Assembly: GCA_964199315.1 (NCBI GenBank)
Contig: OZ116709.1
Location: 2,294,001 to 2,358,000 of the forward strand
Direction: 5' to 3'
From: Orbicella franksi
Lineage: Eukaryota
Length of the DNA stretch: 64,000 nucleotides
Made by a program: the position numbers and the translations under genes. Shown here in pieces: positions 22,640 through 36,000 of the stretch; within the stretch, counting starts at the first letter, position 1, and each line of letters starts with the position of its first letter. Below the pieces are notes generated by a model. That model saw nothing but the letters and a program-made list of their open reading frames with translations, was not told the DNA's origin and ran no database searches.

Positions 22640-25600
22640 TCACCAAACCTCGGCGGAAGGAGGTATTGTGTTTGGTGGCCTCCCGGCTGCCGTGTCATAG
22701 GTTAGTCCGCCATTCTGGCTCTGCCCAACAACACAGTGGCTAATTTGTAATCCCGAGCTGTTATCGTTAACGGAATTCACAGCCATGATTCCTTGGTTGT
22801 TAAATCCCGTATTTTGAAGCATTTGAGAATTGTCCATAGCAGTGTTCACTTCGCTCGGCAAACCAGCATCAGTCTTCATGTAAAAGTCATCAAAAGCCGT
22901 CGCGGGGAAGTGTGAATTTTGTGGAGCTAAACGTGTGAAATAAGTAGATAAAAACAGTGAGAAAAAAACGGCTTATGCAATAAAGCCTAGTTTTCCAGCA
23001 CGTCAACGCCTAATCTTTAGATTAAAATGTTGGACTGTCTCGCAAGCCCTCGGTGCTTTTACGAATTATATTTTATAAACAGAGTCATTGTGGTTTCAAA
23101 GAGATAGTGACAAACACAGTAAGCCCATAAGAATGATGTGATGCCATTAGACGGAAAGAAAAGGCATTTTATCGGATCACCTACAATATTGTACCTTCTT
23201 TAATGTAAGAGCTACTTTAATATTTGCAGAGATGTTTCGAATCATCGCGAATCGGCACTTAGCACACCCCTGCAGAAAATCTAGAACTAAATATATTCAG
23301 ATCTTATAAATACAAACAGAGATAGCAAGTGACTTTTGCCGGCCTAAAGGCAAGCTTTACATCGTAACGCAACTATTTAATGTTCTTAGTTACACCTATG
23401 TATTGGCCACACAATGTGAAATAATGTAACTCTATATGCCACACCGATAAGTAACTCACGAAACACAGCTCATAGAAACATCGTCTACTCTTGATGTAAA
23501 TTACTCTCCCTTGAATTTAACGCCCTTTAAATTTTCCAGTTTTAAACTGATGAAACGTTTCAGTAAGGTAATTTTAAAAATCCCCCTACGATTAAAATAT
23601 TGAGCTCTTTAAGCTTAGGTAAGCTTTGCCGTTTTTGTAATACGTTACGATTTGAGACAAAAATTTTCGTTTTCATTTTATTATTATTATTTTTTAAAAA
23701 ATTTAATAGCCTGGTCTTCCCTTAGGTCAAACTGAAAGAAACAAACTTCATCTCTCTGCCGTCTAAACTACTGTATTTTAAGCAAAAGATTTTAATTTGT
23801 AAAGGCATTTGTCCAAAATCAAGAGAAACCTATGAAAGATCCGGTGAAGCAAAACGAATTAAAATTGTCTCCCAAAGGTCTAGTTTGATTGGGACCACGG
23901 GGAATATTTCACTGCTAGCAGTTTTTGACTTCGAAAAGCTAAACGCCAAACCTGTTGAATTATTAAAGAATAGAAGGTTTTAAACAGTAGGCAGTTTGTT
24001 TTTTGAAGTAGCACGAAATCTGTATGCAATTTATCGCCCATAGCAAAAATCACGAAATGTAAAAGATCCATTTCCTTATTCAAATACAGCAGTAAGTCTT
24101 GCGAAAGTTTTCTGATTTAACCGAGTTGGCTTAGACGATATATCTCGAGGAAGTAAGGACGAATGAATTTCTCCCCGGTAAATCCCTTATCACTAAACAA
24201 AACTCGTGATAAGTAGCATTTCCATTTGCCATTTCCTGCCAGCTCGTATTAGATGTCTTTCGATATTGCATGCCTTACTCTGTGGCCGTCTATTTTTAGC
24301 TGAACACTTTTTGTCAAAATTCGACTGTTTCTGCACGAAAACTGTTTCCACAGCTGTCTGTTCTCATAAATGTGCTAAAAATGTAAGGCAGGCAAAATGG
24401 TTGAATAATGCCTTTATAACACAATAGGAGGTTGATACGCGGCCCTCGAATTATTCAAATTCGTGATTTTTAGTATCTTCTGGTAACTTGCCAGTTTTGA
24501 TAGAGCAGAAAAATTTCGTTGTTCATACCCACTTAGCGGTGGGTTCTCACCGGAGTACTCTGTAGCTATGTCGTCAGGAAGTTTTGGGACTGTCTCACGG
24601 GTGTGTTTAAACGTTCTTTCTAAATTTCCCCCATCTCCAAGGGCAACTGAGCAAGATTTTACAGCTTTATTCAAGACGGAACATGTCATATGAGCTGTTG
24701 TGACTATCAAGTTGAAGAGCTTTTGAGTGCTCTCCAAATACACTCTCAAGTACTATCCATTAGAAATTGACTGCTATATTCTCTCATGGTGCAGAGTGCT
24801 CTTGCGCGGTTTCCAAGAGGCGGTTGACCTCGCGCTGTAAAGCAGGTCTTACTGAAAGAGTTTTTCTCGAATAAATTTGAATGCGGAAGAAAAGTAAACA
24901 GACTGTGTTCGTAGCCTACCTGTGTAATTTATATGTGATGTGTTGATTGACTGTTCGGCGGGGTTAGTAGATCCGTTTCCAAGGTTTTCAGCCTTTGCTC
25001 TCCTTGACCGTCTTCCTGATCTCACAGCGCGGCTTGCACTCGGCTGGGAGACTCCTTGCTGCTTCAGCCTTCTCTCTTTCGATCTTCGGTTTTGAAACCA
25101 TACTTGAATCACTCGCATGTTTAAGCCGGTTTCTTGCGCTAATTTTTCGCGGATATTTCTGGAAGGTTTAGGAGTAGCTGCAAAGGTAGCCTTGAGGGCC
25201 TCTAACTGCTTAGCTTTTATGGTAGTCCGAGGTCCGCGGCGTTTCGTTCCGAGTGCTACGTCTAAATCCTCGTCTAAACCATAGCTTAGATCTTTCTCTT
25301 CGGAATCAGAGTCTGTAGAAGGATGTAACACACACACACATAGGCAAGAATTAGATCTATTAACATTAAATAACCGTTTGTGTATTAATAAACAAACCAA
25401 TTCCCCTTCCACTCACCAGAATGCTTGGATGGCAAGCGTGATTGGTAGTAGTCCTCTTTACAAACGAATTTGCTTTCTCCGACGTAATACAATTCATCAC
25501 CGGTCAAAATTTGCCGGTTACAGCTGGAACAATTGAAACATTTGACGTGAAACACCAAGTGTTTGGCTCTTCGGACCATGTCATTCGGCGAGATCCCTAA

Positions 25601-25940
25601 GCAGCAACCAGCACACTTTGTTCCATAGCGCCTGAAAATTTTAAAATAAGAAAGCAACTTAGATTGTGTAATGCACTGCCATCGAATTCACTTAGTCTGG
25701 AGAAAGCTTGGCAGTTATTTAGATAAGCAGGCGTTTTTTTTGATTCGGCCGATTGTGCGTTACGTACCTGTAAAAGTCATTCTTGCAAAACAGCTTTCCC
25801 TCTCGAGAAAAACATTTGTTGGTGAGTGCGCATTTGCAGTCGTAGCAATGGACGCATTTGACGTGCCAAACGCGGTCCAGAACTTTCAACAGGAATTTAT
25901 CCGAGATGGGGAGCTCGCATCCCGCGCACTGTTGAACCAT
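22640..25940 (-). CDS. LHX1/5: LIM-homeobox transcription factor Lhx1/5 (Lim1), about 355 aa
   Basis: Exons 25940-25768 (LIM1 [36 protein letters not shown]), 25631-25417 (LIM2), 25312-24920 (homeodomain [34 protein letters not shown]), 22926-22640 (ends AEVW*, matching the terminal W of the family). 1068 nt in frame. Confidence 0.93.
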
Positions 25941-26344
25941 GTTACAAATCTGGCCCTTCATCCAGCCGATCGTACGCGCTCTTCAGTTCAGTTTCCTCGT
26001 CCGCTTGCGACTGTATGTACGTTTATGTAAAGTACAGTGCTTTGCGCGTGAAATTTATGCGAGTAACTCTTCAACGTGCCCAGTGGGAGGTACCTCGCAC
26101 TATGCCAGCTGCTGAACGGGACGGTAAAATGCGATTCAAGAGGAGGGATTGTGGATTTTCTAAAAACCGACGCTCGAGTTTATTCCGCGGTCAAAATTTG
26201 CATACAGTTTGGCGCACGGAATGCAAAGTGAAAGGATGAAAGCGCGCGGCATAGAAAGCACTTAGTCGGCCATGCTATACGTCAATTAGCTTGTTGAAAG
26301 ACAACACATTTACGCGCTCCTCTTTTGATATAATTTGACTCCGC

Positions 26345-26402
26345 CTGTCATAAGGAATTGACAGTTCAAATTTGACAGCACTCTGACAAAAGCCAATGAC
26401 AT
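26345..26402. promoter_or_regulatory. Cluster of five TGACA (TALE-homeodomain-type) cores plus a CCAAT box upstream of Lhx1/5
   Basis: CTGTCA 26345, TGACAG 26359, TGACAG 26373, TGACAA 26384, TGACAT 26397, about 400-460 bp upstream of the ATG. Confidence 0.45.
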
Positions 26403-29400
26403 TGAGAGCCTTTGTGGGCGCGAGCCAAACTTTCAACACGCCATTGTTTGACCGGGATTATGTAAACTCGAAAAAATCGCGCAATTTGAACATCTTTTGT
26501 CTAGCTATTGTTCGCTTTGACTGCCATCATAAGGCTAAGAGCGCCTGTTTGTCTCGCAAGGCTTCAACCACGAATGCGTCTTCACCGAACTGCGGAACCC
26601 GCGATCGATGAAAAGGAAAGACCGGCATCGCGTAAAAGCCATCTCGCTTGTGTTGTGCGAATATTGGGTTACTGATATTTCCGACTGGTGAGAACATTTT
26701 TACGCAAAAAGTCGATCCATATCAGTAAGCGGGGCGGCTGGAAGGCTCGCCGATCGGAACGGAAAAGCTTTTGTGCCGAGATTTACTTTATCTCGTGATA
26801 AACCTTATGTTGTTGTCACTAAAACATGTCAAAACACTCCCATTTGCAAGTGTTTATTTACATACAGATTTTCAAAACAATGGACAACAGTTAGCGCATT
26901 TTAATGAACCGGGGGTATTCTCTCTGGCTTCGCGGCGTATTCGCGAGCGCCGAACCTGAACGTTTAGTCTTGATCGCAGCAAAACTGACGCAAAGCAAAT
27001 TTCCTTGAAACTGCCCATCTGCTGTCAGGGGCCTCTTCAAGTGAGAAAATGGCCAACCACAGATTTTCATCAGTAGAATCTGGTAGCATTGGCTCCCGGG
27101 AGTCGCGCGAAAACCCGCATGGCACGGCGCTTTTACACAAAGTGTCGGATTCAGATTTTGGGCAAAAGACCCTTTCCGCAGCAATTTAATTTTTCAAAGT
27201 GAATTATTCAACAATACCGACGGCGTTTTCATTTCATGTCTGATATTTTGATGACAAACCATGATTTTTAATAAAAGCGCGTCTGGAGCCCTTCCTTCGC
27301 AAAAAGACGCGAAATGCTAAAATTTTGTTAACAAGCTTTAAGATAATCGCTCGATTTCTGCATCTGGGACACAGTTTTCGCCAGCTTAAATTCGTACGTC
27401 GATTAAATGAACAGCAAAACTACTATCAATAACATCGCTATCGTTGTGAACACATTTTTAAGAAACGAGACCAAGTTTCCGTACAATATCCTCCTTGTTT
27501 TCGTGGCAGTTTGTATGTGGCGTTAAACCTCCCTGTCGCTGGTTCATGCAAATGCTAATTGGTCAAAACACCTGCTACTACACATCACCTGCCTTTTCTG
27601 ATATAACCGCTGTCAGGGGAAAATGCGGGCGATGTAGTTTATCGCACATTACAGTCTGGACTCTGGAGACGGTTCTTCAACGCACACTTCAACGAACAGT
27701 CTATTTTAGTTTTTTTTTTCTTTCTTTTTTAAAAAAAAAACTCTCAGTGATGTTTCCTGTGTAAATTTTCTGACCTTTTGTTTTAAAGGGGTTACGTCAC
27801 ACTTTGTGCATCTTGAAAAGTTTAGCCGAAAATTTTCAAGTTCACGGTTTGTAATCCGTGTTAATTCTCTCCATTCTTAACCGTCCTTGTTCTTTTATGG
27901 TTTATTATTATGCCTTCTAATTCCAGTTGGTGTTTTTCTATCTTAGTAAACTACTATTTTCAGGTACGTGGTCAAAATGAGCTCACTTTGCTGGATCAAG
28001 GTCACCATCACATAAAACATTCACTTAAGAACACTTTTATACAAGATCAATTACATAAAACCCTTTGTAACTTTGATCCCTAGATTAGCCTTAATCGGCT
28101 TTCCAACGACTGGGTCCAAGCCAACACTGTTTAATCAAATCAGCTCCATTCTCTGAGGGGAGGACACTGATACTTTGGGAACTGATGCCAGGGCCAGGAG
28201 CCCATGATATATAGTCTAAGGCTCCTGGTAGGGCTGATACTCAAGAAAGGGACCCGGAGGTGCCTCAGTGTTTCTTAGAGTTCTAGAGGTAGCTTTTACA
28301 TGAATTCTGGTCTCTCCAGCAACAAGTCAACTCAGTGTCCGTAATAATCGGCGAACAGGAGCGTATGACCCATGGGTCATGGACTCCTGTCGGCAAAATG
28401 ATCGATATCTGAATACCGCAAAAAAATTCGGCAAATACCGCAGTATTGCAAAAAAAAAAAAAAAAATCGCCAAATACTGCAACACTATCAGTGTCATACC
28501 GCAACTACCACCCTGTATGTTAAGTTTGGAGTATTAATAACACGGAAATAACAATTAGGAATTTGTTAAGTCAGGTAATATTTGATTTAGACAAAGTAAA
28601 AAAAATAAGTAACATCCATTGACGTGTCGGCTAATAATTAACAAAAAATAACTTACCATTTTAAAGTCCGATTGGAAACTGGAAAAGGCTCGGAAAACGT
28701 TGGAAGACTTGGAGGATAATTTTTAATACCGTCCAAAATGCTACAAAAAAAGGCATCCCGCAGGTTTGGAGAATTCTGCAATACCGCAAGAAAAATTGTC
28801 CAAAAACGAAATGTCCTGTCAGTCTTTAAGGGCAAAACGTAACTAAAAGTGCCCGCACAAAGCTTAAGTACAAATTTCTAAAAGTTTTGAGATGTTTTCT
28901 TACTTCTTATATATAGCTTCCCATGAGAAGATAATACCGTTATAGTATGTCGGCGCCTCTTGAAAAGTTTGGGCGACATTTTTCAATTTCGCTGTTCATA
29001 ACCATCTTTATCCTTCAAAAACCGCTTGGGTCCTGCCTCAGTAAACTATATCTTGAGATTTAATCCCTGAGGTTAATTTGAAATTAATTTTCTGTATCAC
29101 AGAAAGTGACTTTATACTGTTAACCTTTACCCTGCGTTGATGGATTACAAAGCACGAGGCTGCGTACGAGGCCCAGCAGTCTACACTAACTTGCAAGAGT
29201 TTCCTGTCACTCGATTTAGTACTTATTATCAATAGACTCAGCCTGTTCCATTTCCGAAACTTACCAGCCGAGACGAGATAACGATAACACTGGCGTTGTT
29301 AGACATTCCATTAGGTTGACGCGAGATGGGAGTCATGAGCCGGAGGTTATGACACTCGATATGATGACGAAGAAAGCGATAGTAAATGTAGTTTAGATTA

Positions 29401-29571
29401 CTTGTTGAAATGTGTGGCAAAAACAGGAAATAGTGCTAGCTCATTATCTTCTTGTATTACTGACCACCAAGCCTTTGTGATCACTTTGTAACTTGCCCTG
29501 CAAAACATAGGAGGCACCAACTTTGGACCAACTATAATAAGAAAAGAAAAGGGGCCCCTGAGAAAGGTATT

Positions 29572-29851
29572 CAGTCGAACCTCTATTAAGCGACCAACTC
29601 TTAGGGTCGAGACAATTGGCCGCTTAATTAATCACCGGAAAACAACGTTGCGCTTGGTCCAGTTTTCAGTTTATCAAATACAGTCGATCCTCTATTAAGC
29701 GGCCACCCCTTATCCCGCCCCTTATTAATAGAGGTGGCCTTTGAGGTTTTTATTACAGTGTGTAGCTGACGATTTTCCCGGGACTTTGGCCGCTGGCCGC
29801 CAAATAAAGGTTGGCCGCTTAATAGGGGGCCGCTTAATAGAGGTTCGACTG
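29572..29851. mobile_element. Tc1/mariner-pogo-type MITE with a duplicated left end
   Basis: TIR CAGTCGAACCTCTATTAAGCG(G/A)CC at 29572, a second left end at 29681 (preceded by TA), and the right end GGCCGCTTAATAGAGGTTCGACTG followed by TA. Confidence 0.75.
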
Positions 29852-30218
29852 TATTATAGTTCCCAGAACTCCTAAGCATGCTGCTCCTACTTCTTAATTT
29901 AGGGATTTTGTTTGTTTGCGTATTTCAAAGACTTAAATGTTAAAGTTGTATAAAACAAATTTAAGAGCTCTGTGAGATAGTTAACAAATATAGTCTAAAT
30001 GCCCTTGTAGAAAAACAAATCTGGTCCGTGATAAAAAGGACCTGATTGGTTTACTGATTGGCCTGAATTTTGCGGCAATACGGGCAGTTAAAGGCTGCTC
30101 GCCAATTAGTCCCGATAATTCTTTTTCTTTAACGTTATACAAACGTCAACGGTGTGAGAAAGTTGTTCCGCCGCGTGCGTGTTGAGGTTGGCTGAAAAGA
30201 ACCAACGATTAAACACCC

Positions 30219-30453
30219 AATAGACCATTTTACAGTTGTCTGCTCAGTGACCTGGCCTTTGTATGGCAGCGAGGCTAGCGTTGACCTTGTTTTGATACAG
30301 ACCTCACTGCTTTTGTCATGTGAATGCACCTAGTTAGCATCAGAACTTGTTTTACACAAAAGCAGTGAGGTCTTTATCAAAACAAGGTCAACTCTAGCCT
30401 CGCTGCCATACAAAGGCCAGGTCACTGAGTAGACAACTGTTAAATGGTCTATT
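30219..30453. mobile_element. Long palindromic fold-back MITE
   Basis: Arms of about 96-98 bp (30219-30316 / 30356-30453) are reverse complements with 4 mismatches; loop about 39 bp. Confidence 0.85.
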
Positions 30454-30787
30454 TGGTCAAGACCGTCAGTTGAGTCAAGAGAACTCAGGGACTGAACTAG
30501 AGAACACACCATGGGAAAACTGAGACAATTATCAAAAAGATCTTTACTTCAAATGAATCACATTATACCACTGCTTCCACTCTTTACACATCGTCTTTCA
30601 CCTGTGGAGAGGCACTTTTTTGAACAAATGACGGTGATAGCACTAGTAAGGGGGAGGGGATCAGAAATTCAGCTGTAAAGAACTCGATCAAGTCTTATAA
30701 AATATTTAGGATAGTACGCGCGCTGTCACTGGTCGATAGGTGTGTTAAGATGAGAGTATGTACACCCTAGCTTTTTGAAAAAAATTA

Positions 30788-30949
30788 TAGCTGATCGTAC
30801 CTTTTTAGTACGCTTCGGCGACCTATCACGTCGAGTCTGGTCGAGTCATGGTTCGTATTTTGGCGAGACCTAGTCGAGCCAAAACACCCATGGCGAGACC
30901 AAACGAGTCTGATATGTCGCTGAAGTGTACCAAAAGGTACGATTAGGTA
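30788..30949. mobile_element. Small TIR element nested in a dispersed repeat
   Basis: Imperfect inverted ends of about 35 bp: tagctgatcgtacctttttagtacgcttcggcgac / gtcgctgaagtgtaccaaaaggtacgattaggta. Confidence 0.6.
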
Positions 30950-33092
30950 TTTACCCTACCACTCTCGAAAGTTATGCAAACCCTCGACTGGGTCTCGGGT
31001 TTGAATTCTCCCAAGCCCCTTTAACTGGTTAACTGGGTAACTGGGTGTTCTAATCGACAAGACGCGAACGAGTTTTGGAAAGTCTAGGTGGAATGTTTCT
31101 AGGGCTCCACCCAAGTTGCCGTATCAAAAAGGGCCTTGGTGAAATTGTCGAGTTGAATGCTGTAGTCGGCTGCTATGGAAGCCACAGTCTGTTGATCTTG
31201 GGTTTCTGTCACATCCTGAGCTTGGGTTACCATTTGTGCGCCGTAATAAATGGCTAAGGATAAGCATTGCATGTTTTTATTATCACGCTTCCTTTAGTTA
31301 CAATTCTGTTGACTATCACCAAGAGTAAGCAGTGCTTACCCTTATCTCAATTGTTACTGATTTTCGCACGATTTTCACCTCTGGGAGCTGATACTCAGTG
31401 GTGAATTTCTATGAGAACTCGGCAAAAACGACGCGTGTTGTCTTTTTTTTTAAAAAGAATACAGTACCTTAACTTCAGTTCAGAAGGAGTGAAGTAAATG
31501 TTTTGGACTGGTATAACTTTTCGTCACCGATCAACCATGTGAGCGTATAATGGACACATATATAAGAGATACAACGTATCAGAACTTTACGTGATACTTT
31601 TTTGGAAACGCGAATTATCGTTAACTACCTGATGCAAGTCAATCTCTTTGTACTTCATCTCTTTGTATAATAATCTTTTTCTCCGTTTTAAATAACTGCA
31701 TGCTATCTAGGTACTGCAGGTCTAAAGCAAGTTGGCTGCTTGTTAAGTAAAGAACAGAAACAAGTCGTTAGAATTATGAACAACGTTGGTTTGTAAATGC
31801 AGCGTAATGCATCAACTGTAGAAAAACTATTTCAATTGAAGTTTTTTTCTTTTTCGTTCGAGGCGCCTGACTAATAAGTATTACGAACAAAGCAGTACGC
31901 TACAGGCAAAAAAAAAAGCCTCAAATGACAAGCCATCAACAACTATCTGCAACATCCTCAATGGCGCACGAGGCAGATTTCCTGTGTAAGTCGCAGTCGA
32001 GAAAGACGTGTACGCGCGGCGTGTACGCGCGGAATTAGGAATGTCCCGTTTGTGTAGCTACTGACAATCAACTAAACTTCCATTTTGTTCCACAACTTCA
32101 ACTCTCGTGTAGTTACCGCCAGTTTTTTTTCTTTTTTTGCCTTTATTTATTTATTTCCACAATTACAACAATTACAATTCTTTTTTCAACAAGCATGAAT
32201 AAAGTTTGGTTTACTGAAGTTAACAATGACACCATATTGAATTAATAAAGAAAATAGATATTGTCAATTCTTTCTACGTAATTATTCAACTTAACGATTT
32301 TCCTTAATAATAGCGTTGTCCGACTTTAATTATTAGTTAAAATTGTTTCCTAAAAAAGCTTCCATTTTTCTTTAAAACAAATTCTTTTTATTCGATTTGA
32401 AATATATGTGTTTTTCACTTGATATTTAATTAGCAAAAGTTGAACATACCCGTCATGTTGGTACGACTTGCGTTTTTGCCCGTTCAGGGATTCCCACAGC
32501 ACATCTGTTCGGACCCGCCGGCTTCAAGTTACCAACGGGGGCCTTGACATACGCACCAGTATTTCTTTCCTTAACTTGATCTGTGCCCTGAAGACGAAGG
32601 TGTCACCTGTCATGCCTTCTAAGTTGTGCTCGCCGTATTGAGTGGATTTGCAGGACTGTGGAATTGGATCTTCGCACGTTCATATCCATGCTGACCATCT
32701 GGTAAGTGACATCAACCACAATGCGCAATTAGTCCGTTGTTGTAAAACTACGTAATGTAACGCTTCTTTGAGTGTCTTGCCGTAGGAGTATAATTTGCCT
32801 CTCAGTTCTCATTGTAACACGAATTTTTTAAAACACATGTTATGTGGTATTGTGTTGACCGAGGCTGGGTTCCTGCTGAGTCATTGCAAGCACTTACAAC
32901 ACCTTCCAGGTGAACGTTCTTATTGTAGTTGTAAGCTGCCAGCCACGCATGTCAATCATAGGTTGCCCTGAGTATGTCATCAGGTCGGTCCTGCCCCAGA
33001 TAACAACACAAAGACCACGGCCCTGGATTGAACCAGGCCAAGGATACCAACCCCGAAACCAGTACTTAAACTTTTTTTTTTTTTTTTCACAT

Positions 33093-36000
33093 TTACAACT
33101 CTATGCTGTCATATGGCACGCTGAGCTTTATGTTATAGTTGTAACCGCTTGTATCGTCATAATTGGAGGAGCAAATATCCGGAATGCCCTCAGTCGCATT
33201 ATTCACTGAGAAATCAAACATACGTATGATTCCTCGATGTCTTCGGTGAAGAATCAAATCGTCTGCATACCAAAGATTCTCGCGCGGGCTTTTATCTACT
33301 GGAATGTTCGCCGTAATCATCCGGGAGCCTTGTAATTTGCAGAGCCTTACTGGATGCCGCGCATGCGTCATCCACAAAGCTGACGTCATCCGCTGATCCC
33401 AGACTAGTAATGTTCCGTCCTCTGCACCGCTGACCACTTTCCAGTCGTCCATTTGTACGGCGGTGACTGCTCGTTTGTGTCCCAAGTGAAATGAAAGAGC
33501 TATCTTTTCAGTGCGCAGGTCAAAAACCCGCACCCTACAGTCATAGCTGCCTGTCACGAGGCGATGCGGAGGACAACTGGCAAGATCAAGACACGTGATC
33601 TCGCGGTAGTGGGCTCCTAATATGGAAATCATTTTTGTGGTTTCCAGGCAGTATAAACGCACCTAATGGTTGGAAAAGAAAAGATAAAGAAATCTTTTGA
33701 TCTATTAAAAGGGAAACCTTATTAGAGTTAAGAGCTTTGTTTCAACTACAGTGGTCAAGAACTACACAGTGGGAACAAAAGAAATACATAAATTAAATTT
33801 AGAAGAGACCCACAAAGAAGACACGTTAACTGAAGGGTTTTTACACAAACAAGTCACATCATCGCAAAATCTTAAAATACCTTATGATACATTTTGCTTA
33901 AATAGGGTGGCACAAAACAATCTTGCGACTGATGCGAAATGGAATTCAGAAATGCTGGTTAATGTTGTTAAATAATGAGCCTTGTGAAGTGAATTTTCTT
34001 CCTTGGGTTTCTAAACTGAACTGTACTCCTTCGGAAAAAACAACTGCATATCTCTGGTCAATTATCTCCTTTGGCCATTAAATTACAAAATCAAAACGCA
34101 ATCGTCGCTAACGTACATTTCTCAAGCTTTGACGCTGGTCTCACCAGCACTCATTTTCATTGTGTGCTTGATTGGGTTGCCAACCTGATGTCTGCTCACA
34201 AATATTGCGCAGTGCTCATACGAAATAGAGAACCGTGCTTATTTTCAACTAATCAGTAATAAAACCCAGACCAATTTTCCACTTTCGGCACTTTTTTGTT
34301 TCGAATTCCGATTCGCTCAATGCGTAATCTGTTTTTTCAAAGCCACCAGAAAACTACTCTATGTTGTCAAATTGGTTGATTCTGTTTGTTTTGTTACTAC
34401 AATGTTGCGTTTTATTTTATATACATGTATTACTTTGTTTCCAAGTGTTCCATATCCATATGAGCCCACTCCAAGAGCAAGGCGGTCAGCAGTACAGTCC
34501 ATAGAGCTTAATTTTCCACCAATCACATGATCCAATGTTGATAGAAAACCTCTGCCAGGTGCCAAGACTGACACGGTATCTTGGGTTGCTATAGCAACAT
34601 GTTCAGTCGATGAACCAGAACTACTTTTTGGAATAAACATGGCCCGTCCAATCTGTAGATCAAGGAAGGTTTTATCAAAGGCTAAGGTTGTTCTAATACT
34701 TCAGGGATCATCAGAGGCTCAGCTAACTACAACCTTGGTAACAAGGGTTGGAAAAAATCATTCTATACACATTTTGCCCCTCCCCACCCCTGTGCAGTGT
34801 TGACAAAACACTTTCATCTGGCAGAAGTATGCATTTTACCATTTTCCAACATTGAAAGGGGGAATGGGGGTGTTGACACTTATTCTGTAGGTATTACGAT
34901 TATGATTTCATGTTTTTGGCATTTTCCAACACAATTTGTCCATGATTGTAGCTTACTAGCTTATTACTAGTAATGCTTATCACAACAAGTGATTAAGGGT
35001 AAGTGTATTATTTGCCTCCCCTACCTCCTGGATGAGATGGACAGGGCACAAAAATGGCTAGACATGGGCAGTGTGGGTCTGCAGTTCCTCCTACCATTCG
35101 ATTTTCAAAATAGCAGCCAGGCATGCACACTGACTGCCACATTACCATTTTACATCCCACTCTGTCGACCAATCAGTCATTTTTGCGCCCTGTCAATGAA
35201 ATGCCAGCCATTACAGATTTACACTCTGCAGCATTTTGTCAGCTTGTTCGTGTCAATACCCATAATACTCTTCAGCAGAGAGAAGCACTGTTAGAGTAAC
35301 ATATCCAGCCAAAAAAATACAATACAATGACTCTGGCCAAATTTGGTCAACCCAGACTTCTCAATTCAGATTCTGATGCTTTAAACATTCAGCAAGGTTG
35401 CCATACCTCTGACGTTAACAACAGCCAATCATTCAAGGCTGAGAATGTACTTATGTTGTTTGCAGGGTAACAACTAGTGACATAATCTAGTGTCCAGACT
35501 TCCCGTGATCATGTAGTCTCAAATACATCAGGGTCTGGGTGTGAGATTGGTGGAAAAACTTAACCTTGGGAAATATTTTGGCACAGTCAGATTACTTGCC
35601 TACCTTGTCCTCAAAATTCCTGGAATCAAGACATGACCACTGGTCATTGGAGTCACTCAACAGTACCTTGAGTTCATGATTTGACATGGCTGCAAATGTG
35701 GGTGGGCCAGTTGCTGCTAAAGAAACACTTTTTACAGACCCTTCACAACAACAGTGACACAGTGGGGATGACCCTAAGCTTGTGTGCCAAACATACACAT
35801 CGCCTGCAAGTATCACAATAATTCTAAGCTGCTAATATAGGCAATAACGCATGCAGAGAGAGTAATGTATGTGAAAGGCTAAGTGACTGTAGTAGCCCTT
35901 TATTTGCATTGGAAGCATGTGGTTATAGCATGACTAAAAATCAGTCTGTAAGCTGGTGGTTGGATATTTGTCTGGGTGTTCAGTGTCTTTCTACCTGAGG

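Noticed and set aside
24414-24749. Minus-strand ORF in Lhx1/5 intron 3 as an extra exon
   Set aside because: A phase-compatible acceptor exists, but there is no pyrimidine tract, only a weak donor and no family similarity. Exons 3 and 4 already join in frame.
30135-30512. Two adjacent short minus-strand ORFs
   Set aside because: They arise from the arms of the palindromic MITE.
32440-33060. GC-richer segments downstream of FBXW8 with splice-like signals (TTCCTTAAC, GTAAGT) and a WSAW..TC word
   Set aside because: All frames I translated contain early stops, no U12 donor was found and no family was recognised.
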